64,000 nt of DNA from Eledone cirrhosa (Eukaryota), in the NCBI GenBank assembly GCA_964016885.1, contig OZ024743.1, forward strand, positions 159,650,001 to 159,714,000, in the 5' to 3' direction. Under the pieces are notes generated by a model. It was given only the letters and a program-made list of their open reading frames with translations. It had not been told where the DNA came from and did not search any database. Shown here one piece after another: positions 51,672 to 64,000 of this stretch. The stretch's first letter is position 1. The number at the start of each line of letters is the position of its first letter. The translations under genes were made by a program, and so were the position numbers.

Positions 51672-52419
51672 AAGATGATGCATGACATACCCTGACATAG
51701 TAGATGGTTAAGATCCAGTCATGGTAGTGAGTCAGATGTGACAAAACTCAATATTTATATACCTTAAGATTTAGACATGAAAAAACTTACATATAATACA
51801 TATAATACAGAGGGTGCGTGTGAGAAAGCTTAAAAATACATAACAACAATTTACATAACTGTTAGAGATTAAAATAATTTAAATTATTGAAGAAAAAGGA
51901 AAGAAAACAGAAAGACAGAGAAAACAAATGAGGGGATAATATAGTTAGTAGAAGTATAGAGTGCAAAAGAGAATTGGTCAAGGAAAGAGAGACGAAGAGT
52001 AATAATTTTTATAGGGAGCGATGAATTATATATATATCTATACAGAACTATACATTTGGGCATAGCCATGCGAAAGAGTAAACTCGAATCTTTGAATTAT
52101 TGAATTATCTAGAAGTATTCATCAATCTCAATCTTAAATATAACTGGGTGTAATTATATGAAGGTTAATTTCCAGTCCTTAGTTAATTAGATATATATAC
52201 TATCCAAAGGTAATTGGTTGACCGTTAACTTTCAAATCATTTAAGTTAGTTCAGAGTAATGAATTAATCAAAGTGCATAATATTTCAGGCTATAAAAGTT
52301 TATAAATATCTGTATTAATATTAAAGTATACTATCATATTTATTTTTATAAATCATATTTTATGAAATCATATTTAAACTATTTGCAAACATCAGAAAGA
52401 AGACATAATATGTTCATCC

Positions 52420-53480
52420 TCACGAAGGTAATTCTTATTAAATTTTATTATATTATATTTAATTATTTATATTATATTGAAAATTGTTCACATTATATAA
52501 TTTATAAAATAATTACTGTTATAATTTAAAACAATTAAGATTAACAATTAGAATGCCTTAAAGCATCTAAAGGCCTTATAATTAAACTTGAAAAAAGTTT
52601 ATTATTATATTAGATATATGCATTTGTCTAAATATAAACAAAGATTATATTGTCTAGAGATTAAGATGAAACCTATCAGTTACATATTACATATTACAAT
52701 ACAATAAATAAGTTACTGATAATATTGTTAAAAATTAAGGTTTTAGATCAATTATTATAATAGGATCATGTAATACATATATACTATAAATATACAAGTC
52801 ACGAATCATAAGAATAAGAATCAGATTCAAAGTAAAAAAGTGAATTGTTTGCGATCTTATAAGTGCCAATATCCAAGCTATATAGTTTAAAAATACAAGA
52901 ACATATTTTTTTTTATTACAAACATGAGAAAGAGAAAACCTAAGGATTTCATTGACCCGAAGGTAACCCGAATTTAATTAAATAAAATAAAATAATAATC
53001 GTTATATAATTAATAAAACTGGGAAAATATTTATAAAATATTTAACGATTATAATTAGAAAGTCATTAAAGTATCTAAAGTACTTATAAATGTAACTAGA
53101 AGCATCTTATTATACTAGATATACAGATTTGTTCAAATATATATATATAGAGAGTATTCCAGATATTAGTGATCGATATACATATAATAAAAAAAAAATA
53201 ATAAGTACAATCATTGTTAGTAAAGTTATAATTGAGGTTTTACATCAAGTTAAGTGGAAAAAGATTTGTCGACTAGTATCGTGTGAGACGCATATACCAT
53301 AAATATATATAAATAAAAATATATGAGAAAATATATAAATCAAACTTCCTGAAACGTAAAATATACTCCAAATGAATACAAAAACATAAATACATGAATG
53401 ATTTACGGTTCATTATAACTGTTAAGCATATAAGCCATATATTTAAAAAATATACAAGACTCCCAATCTAAATTAAATAT
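52420..53480. repeat. Old ~530-bp AT-rich tandem duplication
   Basis: cgaaggtaa at ~52423 and ~52958; attagaa..aaag.atctaaag..cttataa blocks at ~52547 and ~53054. Confidence 0.6.
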
Positions 53481-53689
53481 ATCTAAACAATCAAATGATA
53501 TGCACATTCATCAAGAGATCATGTTAACAAATAATATGTTTATATACCTATACAGGACCCTTTAATCTAACATATCATATCATAAATGAATAAAAAATAA
53601 ATGATTAAAGTTTTATAATCTGTTAAACGTTTTAGGTACACAGTTGATAAGAGGCGTCAAAAATTAGAACCTGTTTATTTAGTGTTTTT

Positions 53690-54325
53690 TCCTCACTTTT
53701 TGCGAGGCTTGGAATGTAGACAAAGCTTTATGAAGGCAGTTTGAGAATAATTCACTTTTTTTGTTAACTAGATTTTCATAATTAGTAATTATTAATAGAG
53801 TCTCCATGGTAAGAAATCGAGTATTTAAAATTGTTGTCTTTTAATGATCATATAAGTTGTGATAAAGTAGTCGAAGATTTCCTATTCGAAAAAGTGCATT
53901 TGTGATTCACAAATCTTGATTTAAATGTCGAAAAAGTTACACCAATATAGTTGTATGTGATGTTATTTGCTTTTACGTTGCATTTATAGACCAAATTGCT
54001 ATCCAGACAATTATTTTGCAGAGGGCAATCTGGCCTATTTCTACAATTACATTTCGATTTATTGTTATTACTATAAATTGTACTGTTTACATTAAGATTA
54101 TTAGTATTCCGAAATGTTATATTGATTGGGCTTATAATGTTATTGTTATTCCTAGTATTAATGTTGTTAGTGTTATTATATTCATTATCGTTAAATTTGA
54201 TTATGATTTAGAATTCTACCATTTATTTTAGCGATGTTCTGGGCCATATTCTTAGTTGTAGAATAAGAATGCTTAATTGTGTGTCTGTTAAATATGGAAC
54301 GGTATTTATGTAGAATGGGGAAGGA
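53690..54325 (-). pseudogene. Penelope-like GIY-YIG endonuclease fragment
   Basis: Manual minus translation: IFNRHTIKHSYSTTKNM...CPLQNNCLDSNLVYKCNV..YIGVT..FKSRFVNHK..LVNKKSELFSNCLH. Confidence 0.85.
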
Positions 54326-54503
54326 CAAAAAAATGTATATATACATATATATACATATATATATATATATATAAATACATGTATACACATACATTCATAC
54401 ACACGCACACACACAACAAAAAAACGACATGCACAAACACTCATATACACGTATAAAAACAAATGTAAGTGTATATACATATATATATATATATACATTC
54501 ACA

Positions 54504-54585
<82 letters not shown>

Positions 54586-54967
54586 ACAATTTAAATTATA
54601 AAATAAACATAATTGCACATCCACAGACACAAGCGGGCAAAAATACATATACACATACACACGCATACGCACGTATCAAAATAAGTATACAACCAAATAT
54701 ACTAGCGCATGCATAAACCCTACAAAAAGAGCAAAGGACCTACGTACAAACGTAACCACATGCATGCGCGCACTCACACGTAAAGAACACACGCAGACAA
54801 AACCATACGTAAGACTATACAGACAAAAGACAAAGGCCTATATACAACTGCACACACACACAACTATAAACGTAAACACATACATAGAACCAAATACAAG
54901 TATAATATAAACATAAATAAGCTCACACATATAAATGAAAATATATACAAGCACATACACACACACC

Positions 54968-55015
<48 letters not shown>

Positions 55016-55061
55016 TAGAAATACATACACACGCATACATATATATATATATACATATATA

Positions 55062-55355
55062 TCAGTATCTATAAAAGGCAGATTGTTGTTGTTGTGTGTG
55101 TGTGTACATGTTCCATGTTTATACATTTTCAAAATTTCAAACCGATTCGACTCAACGTCGGTAAGAATGTTGTAAATGGCCGAACTTAGTTTAACGACTA
55201 TTTATTTCATTCAAACTCCTCCACAATTATGGAAATAATCGATAAAACTAAATACATGACGCTTTACCGTCTAATAGAATCTGAAACCTCTCTCTACTCC
55301 CCTTAAAATTCGATAAAACTACATACATGCATACAAACTTCATTTAGGAACGCCG

Positions 55356-55389
<34 letters not shown>

Positions 55390-56074
55390 CGTTTGTATTT
55401 GAGAGTGGAACGCTCAAAAATGTATTTACTTCAATGACAAATAGAACTTATTACATTTCATACGAAACAACAATTATTCAAAAGCAACAGTTAAATGTAT
55501 TCAACAACAACAACAAAAATAGCGATAATTCTTTTTTAAAACCTCTCAACGAACGTGGAAGAAAGAAGTATCAGTTTATTTACTATACACAATAATGTAC
55601 TCTATGAGGTCACTAAAGCAGCTAGAAACATCAGCTAACTCGCCCCCATACCACACCCCTCCCTACTGTCTGAAATTTAGAAAACATATCCTCTATGATG
55701 TCACTAAACCTGCTAGAAACAGCAGCTAACTCTCCCCCATATCACACCCCTCCCTACTGTCTTAAATTTAGAAAACACATATTAGACAACCATGCAGAAC
55801 AACTCCATCGCAGCTCTGTTGTTAGGCTGGCATCGTCTACGCGCGTGTTGAGCAAGTACTGTGAAACAATAAATTTCAACACTTCTTTCCACAGAGATAT
55901 TATCCATAGGCGAAACTACAATTGTCACTGCTGGCGCAGCTCCTGCTTCGGCAGTCCAGGTCTGCACTTCATTCACCCAGTGCCTGGCAGACAAAAAGGT
56001 GCTGCCATAAAATCGGTGGTGCAACCTAACTTTCGTAACCACCTGACCCCGAGCAACGCCGGGCTTTAATGCTA

Positions 56075-56075
<1 letters not shown>
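55062..56075 (+). mobile_element. Non-autonomous Helitron with an internal 91-bp tandem duplication (55600-55785)
   Basis: 5' tcagtatctataaaaggc; 3' cccgagcaacgccggg-ctttaatgCTAG|T. Confidence 0.8.
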
Positions 56076-56116
<41 letters not shown>

Positions 56117-56707
56117 GGTGGCTGCCAACTCGCTTTCGAGTACGGCCACTACATTATATCCATGTAGGAGATCCCCTACCGATGTGCTGAACGAGTGTGA
56201 CTTTTTAGCCCAGCCGGCGACTTGAAGACCCTGGTACAAACACTACACTTGTGACAATTATTGACACATAGTGCTGGGCCCATGGTACTATGTGACGACA
56301 AGTGCAGAGAGATCTCCAGATATAAAGCAATGCCTGTGCCGTGAAGCCTTTATAGTGAGCAAAGGCACTGCACAAAGCCAGTCCCACTCTCTTAACCAAG
56401 ATGATATTTACCAAAAAGAAGAACAAGTCAACATCATTGGATACCATCACGGTTGCAGGTGTTATATCAGAGTTTTCCTTCTCCTAGAATTATGCCTTGA
56501 TAAAGGCTAAGGGTTCATCTCTCCCGCATATATACATATACAAACATATATACATACACACACATACACACGCACATACACATATATATATATATATATA
56601 CACATACATACACACACACATACATACGTACACATACATACATATATACGTATACATACATATATAAACACATATACATATATATATATATATATGTATA
56701 TATAAAC

Positions 56708-56738
<31 letters not shown>

Positions 56739-57248
56739 CATATACATACATATACATACACGCACACATACACACATACACATAAACACACACACACATG
56801 TACAAAAGAATAATCAAAATACTATAAATGTAAGTACACATGAGTCTGTCTGCGAATGTGCCCGCACACAGCCCTATGTTCTCACATAAAAACCTAGTGG
56901 GTAAGTGAGGACAAGAGGGGAGTAAAATTGAAATAATAAACACAATTAATAAGAATAGGTAAGAGAAAAATGTTGTAAAAGATATGCGATGAGATCTAGA
57001 TAAGAGTATCTGGTTAAAGAGTGAACTGAGTAAAGGATAAAGGTGGTGTGTGTGTATGTGTAAAGGGTAAGGTAGAAAGAAGGGGGAATATAAGTCAACT
57101 GAAAACATTTTTATAATAGCAAAAAATAATAAATATAAGCAGATATAGAAGGCGATGATGGAGAAAAAGTATATATGGGTAAGAAATGTGAGTTCACAGA
57201 ATAATAATATTCGTAGTGAGTGGAATGCGTAATGAGTAAAGAAGAAGC

Positions 57249-58870
57249 TCAAGGTGGTTGAGTCATCGTATGAATGTCAATCCAGTTAAAAAGTAGATGC
57301 GATTTCAGATGTGGACAACATCTGAAGATCTCGGTCATGGAGTTAAGGCAAGTGGAAGGGGCTTTCAAATTTTGGAGTATTATAAATTTGTTCGTGATGC
57401 ACAAAGAACATTTCTTTGTGCCCCTTTGGTATTCTTTTGAATGGTCTAAAATAGACCAATCAATAGTGAACGGAATGTTTTTTGTCTTTGAATTCACACA
57501 CTTTATTTGCCAGCGCCGTTGCTGTTGTTTTTTCAATGTGTTTAAAAGAAACGACATGTACATAATACCTGGTTTTGAATCTGTCCTGAGTAATGCCAAC
57601 ATATCGTTCACTCCTGGCTGACTGGTTATTAATCAACGGTGTCACAAAGATTCGGTATTACAAATACCCTGTAGCGGGCATTCTTCCGGCTTCCTGCAAC
57701 TGCATCCTGGATTTACTCTCGTACGATTACAGTTGGTAATTTTAGTCTTCATTGATGGACAGCAAGAGTAACTGATTTTGACAACATTTCTATAAAATAT
57801 CTTATATCTATGATTAGGGGGAAAATGTTTGTCTAGGAGGTCGAGGAATGTCCTTCCTACATTAGTTTTGACAGTTAGAGAGAATAGGGCTGTAAACCAA
57901 ATAATTTTTCTTTTCCTGTTATTGTGTTTAGTGTTAGAGAGAGGAGTAGGTAAATATTTAATTTGTTCTGTGAAGCTGCTGTTATTGAGGGACTTATTAT
58001 AATAAGGGGCGGCTTTGTGAAAAATGTCTAGAGACGAAGATAAGGTAGAAATCCTACGGCTATACGGCTAATGTTAGGAATAATATTTTTAAAGACTATA
58101 GGGGGATGGCAAGATTCTTTGTGTATATATCTTAGATTCTCGTTAGGTTTATGATAAGGTTTAAAAGAGGCAGTAAGTAGATCAAGATTATTATCAAGAA
58201 AGTTAGTATTAGTATGATTCGTATCTAGTAATTTTAAGGTTTAGGTTAGCAAAGGTATTGATTAAATATTTACGGAATTTATCAAGGTTATGGCCGTTGG
58301 TGGTATGAGAAACTGCCAAACCATCGTCTCGCTATTAACCGATATTATGGCAAGTAAATTTCTCTTTAAAGGTGTGGAGAAGGAATAATCCTACTAAGTC
58401 GCACACATCAGCACTATCATCGCAACAAGAGTTTTCGGGGCATGACCTTTTAACCCAAATACTTTAATTAGCAAAGAGTAGTGTTTTCCTAGCATGAAAG
58501 ATAACGTCTTCTTCTAATTTAGATGTATTAATGAAAAGTCTTGCAGAATATAAGGCTTTTGTTAATAAGGAAACAGTGATAGGGGGTAAAAGTCAACAAT
58601 ATCAAATTGGGTAAATCTACACTTATTTTTTCCTTGTATATTATTAAACCAAGAAATAACAGAGGATGTATTTAACCATTGTGATATGTCAGTCTTAGTT
58701 CTTATTTGGAGTATTATTTTTCTTAAGATTTTTTTACTTGCAAGGCCAACTTCAGATTTAGCAGTGTAATTAGTCTACAGCTAGGTCGATTAGTAAAGTC
58801 TGATTTATGGTCTTTAAGGGTAATATTAATTCTTTACGTTTAGCTAGGCTTTTAATCCAGTAAATGAATC
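57249..58870 (-). mobile_element. Penelope-like retroelement (RT + GIY-YIG), decayed and 5'-truncated
   Basis: FTQFDIVDF, RDDGLA, RYVGITQDRFKTRY, DWSILD..YQRGTKKCSLC, EIFRCCPH. Confidence 0.9.
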
Positions 58871-58898
58871 GAACCACTGGTAAATGAAATAATTATCT

Positions 58899-59133
<235 letters not shown>

Positions 59134-59137
<4 letters not shown>

Positions 59138-61163
59138 GTGTGCCATAAAAAGCAAGGTCACAATACTAACGCTCCCTGTGTATTTTTTCCATTATAAATG
59201 CCCAAATTGGTAAAATAATACATATTTTGTATAAAATAAGTTAATTTGAGCCTTGCCTATATCATGCTGATTATAATGGAAAGCGTGATTATGTTGCATG
59301 AAATCATGAACATGTGAAACCAAATATGACCATACAATAATTATTTATTTTATTAATCCATTATATTTAGTAAACCAGCTTTGAATATAAAGGCGTACAA
59401 GGGAGAAACAAGTTCAGTTAAGTTAACTCCAATCATATTTTTTTCAGATTTTCTTTTTTGATATCCGGGATCTTGCGACGATGAGCTTCGACTACTTGAA
59501 GAACACACTGCTTCTCCTCTTCATTCTTGGTGATGGCAACAAAATCAGTTATCAACTTGACTGCTCTCTCCGCCAGAACGTTAACTACCTTGATATTGTG
59601 AACGACAGCACTGGCATTTTGATATGACGCTTGTGATGACCAAGTTGCAGGTGATAGCTCAAGCCAAGTATCGTCGAGACCAAGGAGATCGAACAGAAGC
59701 CTTGATTTCTTCCCAACTAGATGAGGCTTCGTGCACGACATCAACTCGGGAAATACTGGAGCACCACGGTCGAGAGGCCCAGACGTTTTGGTTTTGACAA
59801 GACGTTGGGCTATTTGTTTCTTCTCGGACTCTTGGACCCGACTTGAAAACAATGCGAGCGGAATGGCTTCCTCCGCCAGGTACCAGAGATGCCTGCGCAG
59901 AGCACTAGTGGCTGCCTGCGAGAGATCTCTGTCAACCTTACTGTACTGTGTAAACTCCACGTAGAATTGAAGGTCATTGGATGGTGCATCAGCACACTTG
60001 ACTGCTGTCAGCCAGTATCGCACGTAGAACAGAGCATTGCACATACAGATCCGGCGCAACATTTCCATTCTAGCTTGATCGTAATTGAGTCGCTCACCAA
60101 ATGCATACATCTTTGCACTGTAGATGATTGTGGACATCCACCGAGCGTTATTATGTGCACCAGGCAGCATCCAATGAATTCCACGAGGAGGGGTGAGAGC
60201 AAGCAAGATCAACATCAACTCGGCACATTCTCGGTAGTCGTCTCGTGGAAGAGAACACATTTTCCCATCGTCGGATGTCAGCAAATCCTGGAGGAACTTG
60301 ATGTTCTCAGAACACAGACGCTTGAGTCTCCGGTTGACAATGTTCAATTTTTTTAAGTTGGTCTTGTCCGTGAGTGACACCCAACCTTTTTTTGAACTCC
60401 TTGAGCTCTGGGGTGTCTGGACTGGACATTGCTCCGAATAGATGTTGCTACACTGCACACAAGATACGTTCCATGACATGGTGCCGACAAGCAAAATAAA
60501 ACACCTTTTTGTTGAGCATCTCTTCTATTTTCAAACATAGGCACCATTTTTCCATCCAGAATTCGAAGCAGTTGTGTGTAAAACCAAGCCCACCACAAAC
60601 CCATCAACATTCCAATCTTTAACAAGATCAAATGATGCTTTGGCTTGGGTGGGTCCAGTGCCATCAGGAATTATGGGAAGACCGAGGAGTTTACACTCTA
60701 TGAAGTCCGGAGTTCCAGCAACTAGTACACCTAGCCTCTCGTGGTCACCAGGAATTATTTTTCCATCCCAATGCAAGGTAACAAAGTCTGGTACAGCAAA
60801 TTGTTCCTTTATGTGTTCAGCCCCCACAGTTCTGATCTTCTTAGCTGCACGTCTGTTACTATTCTTGGAGAGAGTTATGGCGTCTATATCAGTCCCACCC
60901 TCAGAAATAATCGATGCCATAAACATATTGCTCCAGGAGCCATATTTCTCGATCATCACAACGGAGCGAGTAGCTACAACTAGTCCCACTGGTTTCCGCC
61001 ATTATTCTGCCAATTTACAAATATTAGGGAAGGCTTAAGTTAGTCTGAAATAATCAAAATCACATTATAAATTGATAATATACAAAGTGGCATGGGAAAA
61101 TGCATAGGGAGCTAAGAAAAAAAAAACACTTTTCTGTAAAATGTGCGATTCTGGGACACCCTA
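59134..61163 (-). mobile_element. DNA transposon, hAT superfamily (hATm-like), in (TA)n
   Basis: TIRs agggtgtgcca / tgggacaccct(a); internal transposase remnant. Confidence 0.75.
59433..60989 (-). pseudogene. Frameshifted DDE transposase
   Basis: LHWDGK, HTTASNSG..GA, PGAHNNARWM, HLWYLAEE, VVNVLAERAVKL; split between ORFs 60531-60989 and 59433-60494. Confidence 0.85.
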
Positions 61164-61196
61164 ATATATATATATATATATATACAATATTAACTT

Positions 61197-61240
<44 letters not shown>

Positions 61241-62119
61241 TTTATTTATTTATATGTATTCAACGTGTTGACTTATCTATATATATAAGTCAACCAGGCT
61301 TTATTGAGGCGTTAAACGATGCATTTCTATGCTGTGACAGGCTTTAGCTGCTATTATCTCCAGTTTTCTTGTTTTACATTATATCTGGAATACTTTAAGT
61401 GCAAATATATGAAGAGAAAATTAAGTGCAACTTCATATATGGGAATTTCTGTTGGTAATCTCAACTGTGAATTAAGTGATTTTGTTGTATTGAAAATCTA
61501 ATTGTGTTAAAGATCTCACATATATCTGCCAAATGGAGTCCTTTTACTGTTTTAGTATATATAATTTACTTTATATAATTCAATGACTACACAATTCCCT
61601 TCTCGAACAATTAGCTCTGAGCTTCTATACTTTGTATCATGTAGAATTTGTTAACTGTCTAACATATACAGTGAAGATATATATATGTAAATTATCATAG
61701 TACCTGGTTTTGGCTTTGATAAGAGCCTATATCTGTGCTGCTGATATGCTCTCAACATGTATATTATAGTTCAAATAATAAATGTCATACAGCTAATTCA
61801 TGCATAATAAATAGGGACACACCATTAAGTAAAAGTTGAAACAGTTTTAATGAATTTGAAAGTATAATTGAAAAAAATGATGAATTTTCACATTAAATAT
61901 TTTCAACCTATTAGCCAGATGAAAACAGTCCCCATGACAAAGGCTGGCCTTCATCCCTACAAGGGCTTATTGAACATCGAGTTCGACTGGAAATGTATTA
62001 TCCAATACGAGCTGTTCTGTTCTCATCGACCACCCACATGACCTCTAACGTATATTGCCTACAATTTCACAGATTAGCGGCAATATTGCTAACTTTAAGG
62101 CTATGTATAAATATATCTA

Positions 62120-62154
62120 TATGTATGTTTGTGTCTGTGTGTGTGTGTGTGTGT

Positions 62155-62222
<68 letters not shown>

Positions 62223-62290
62223 GTGTGCGTGTGTGTGCGTGTGTGTGCGTGTGTGTGTGTGTTTGTGTGAGTTTACGTGTGTGTATATAA
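62120..62290. repeat. (TG)n microsatellite
   Basis: Direct inspection. Confidence 0.95.
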
Positions 62291-63199
62291 AATAAACTTA
62301 TACTCAAAACAAACATACACATGCACACATATATACGAAGTTTTAGGGTACATTTCATGTGTATATAACTTTAGATTATTTTATACAATTTGAATTACCA
62401 CCTCTAAAATTCTAATGTGTACACGTTTCTTATTTCCCTCAGCAAAACATGCATTTCGGTTATTGTTGTCACTTCATCAGTATATAGGTAACCTAATATT
62501 TCTATCTAGAAAAGAATTTTCTATATCATTGCTATATATATCAAGCATGGTTGACAATACCACTGAAATGATCCGTTTAATTTACATGACGTGTATTCGT
62601 TTGCCAACGCAAATATTCAAATAATAGATAGGTATGCTTGAAGAAAGCGTTCATTAGAGAATCACTGATAAATTAAATATAGCACCTACTATTTTCCCTA
62701 CTGATTCCGTCTATTATCTTATTTATTATGGACCCCTTAGTACCGTACGCATTTCTTCACACAGGTGCAGGTTCTGTCTTTTTAAATTATTATTATAATT
62801 TCCTGTCATTTATAATTGGTGATTTAATTTTTCCATCATTAGAGACGTGTTAAATCAAACCCTTTGAGACAATATGAAGATCAATGATAGATAGCGTTTT
62901 AATTCTTAACACATTAACCAAGAAAAGTTTTTCCTGTTAAAAATATTTAGAATTAAAGAAAATAGTGTCAAATTTATATATATGTACTAGTTGTGGTTGG
63001 TGAAATATCCAAAATTTTAGACCAACTTAAGTCGATAGATGAGGTATCATATTATAATTCTGCTTGTTTCGTTTGTCACGTACGTTACGCTTTCGTAAGT
63101 TGCATACACATACATCTACACGTAAATACTTAAACAGATACACCGACAACAGATGTACACACACACACACGATTCCTAGAACGCAACGCTGTGTATGTA

Positions 63200-63690
63200 T
63201 CTAAACTATAATAAAGTAATGAGCGCGGGACTGCGTACGGTTTATAATGTTTTTATCCCATTAGTAAAATTAGTTGAATTACTTTGAATAAATAATGAAT
63301 GAATATTACATAATGTATCTACTAAATTATGCAATATTCATTCATTGATTAAATATATTGTTGATTAAATATATTTTGTTTATTTAAAGATTCACTTCTT
63401 TACAATTTCTGAAATGTCAACACTTCCGGTTGGCCATCGCTTAAATAAACATATTAATTTCCTGTCACTAATTTTCTCCTAATGCAGTTTATATATAATA
63501 TCGTCTTTTTTAATGTATTATGGACTACGTTACTGATTACATAAGACAGTGTAACGTAGTCTTCGTTCAATTTCTATGTATTATATATTGTCAATTACGA
63601 TTTTATTTCATGTATCATATCTACGTATAATATCAAGATACACGCTACACATGCTAGGAGAAAACCACCCGTCGATGGCTTTTCTGCTAG
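63200..63690 (+). mobile_element. Non-autonomous Helitron with long palindromic 3' end
   Basis: A|TCTAAACTATAATAAAG ... ctaggagaaaaccacccgtcgatggcttttctgCTAG|T. Confidence 0.8.
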
Positions 63691-64000
63691 TCTATGTAAT
63701 GACTGAGCTAGGGTAGTGAAACGCCATGTGTAAATGTACGTCTGTGTGTGTTTGTATTAGTATATGTGATAGTGTGTGTGTGTGAATGTATGTGTTTGCG
63801 TGTTTATATTTATGTGAGAGTGTATGTGTGTGTCAACGTATGCGTGTTTTCGCGTAACCCATACATAGAACGTTGTGTATGTAAAAATCATTTTGTAGAT
63901 TTGTATGAAGTGTATGTGTGGCGGTTTGTGTAAATGTATTTTTGTGTGTTAGTATATGAGTGTGAGTGTATGTGTGTGTCAGAAGATATACATAACGAGC

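Noticed and set aside
62449-62486. Minus-strand CTGATGA...GAAA-TGCA motif
   Set aside because: Stem II is poorly paired, the H position is G and there is no stem I; at best a dead HHR relic.

Overview
AT-rich, microsatellite-dense animal DNA. The SINE and repeat content resembles coleoid cephalopods such as octopus (inferred). No host protein-coding gene can be supported, and most listed ORFs are microsatellite artefacts. The window is a mosaic of mostly decayed transposons. These include a full-length but frameshifted Rep/PIF1 Helitron (14958-20725, minus) joined head-to-tail to a short derivative, five more complete non-autonomous Helitrons, a Tx1/L1-type LINE tail-to-tail with an R4/Dong-type element, and CRE and RTE fragments. 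There are also three Penelope-like (PLE) fragments, a hAT-like (hATm-type) DNA transposon and tRNA-derived SINEs. The main signal outside the ORF track is a set of type I hammerhead ribozyme (HHR) motifs from several families: five with intact cores plus several degenerate ones. Two face outward in the arms of an ~800 bp palindrome, and four lie co-oriented within 1.8 kb. Fold-back structures recur throughout the window.
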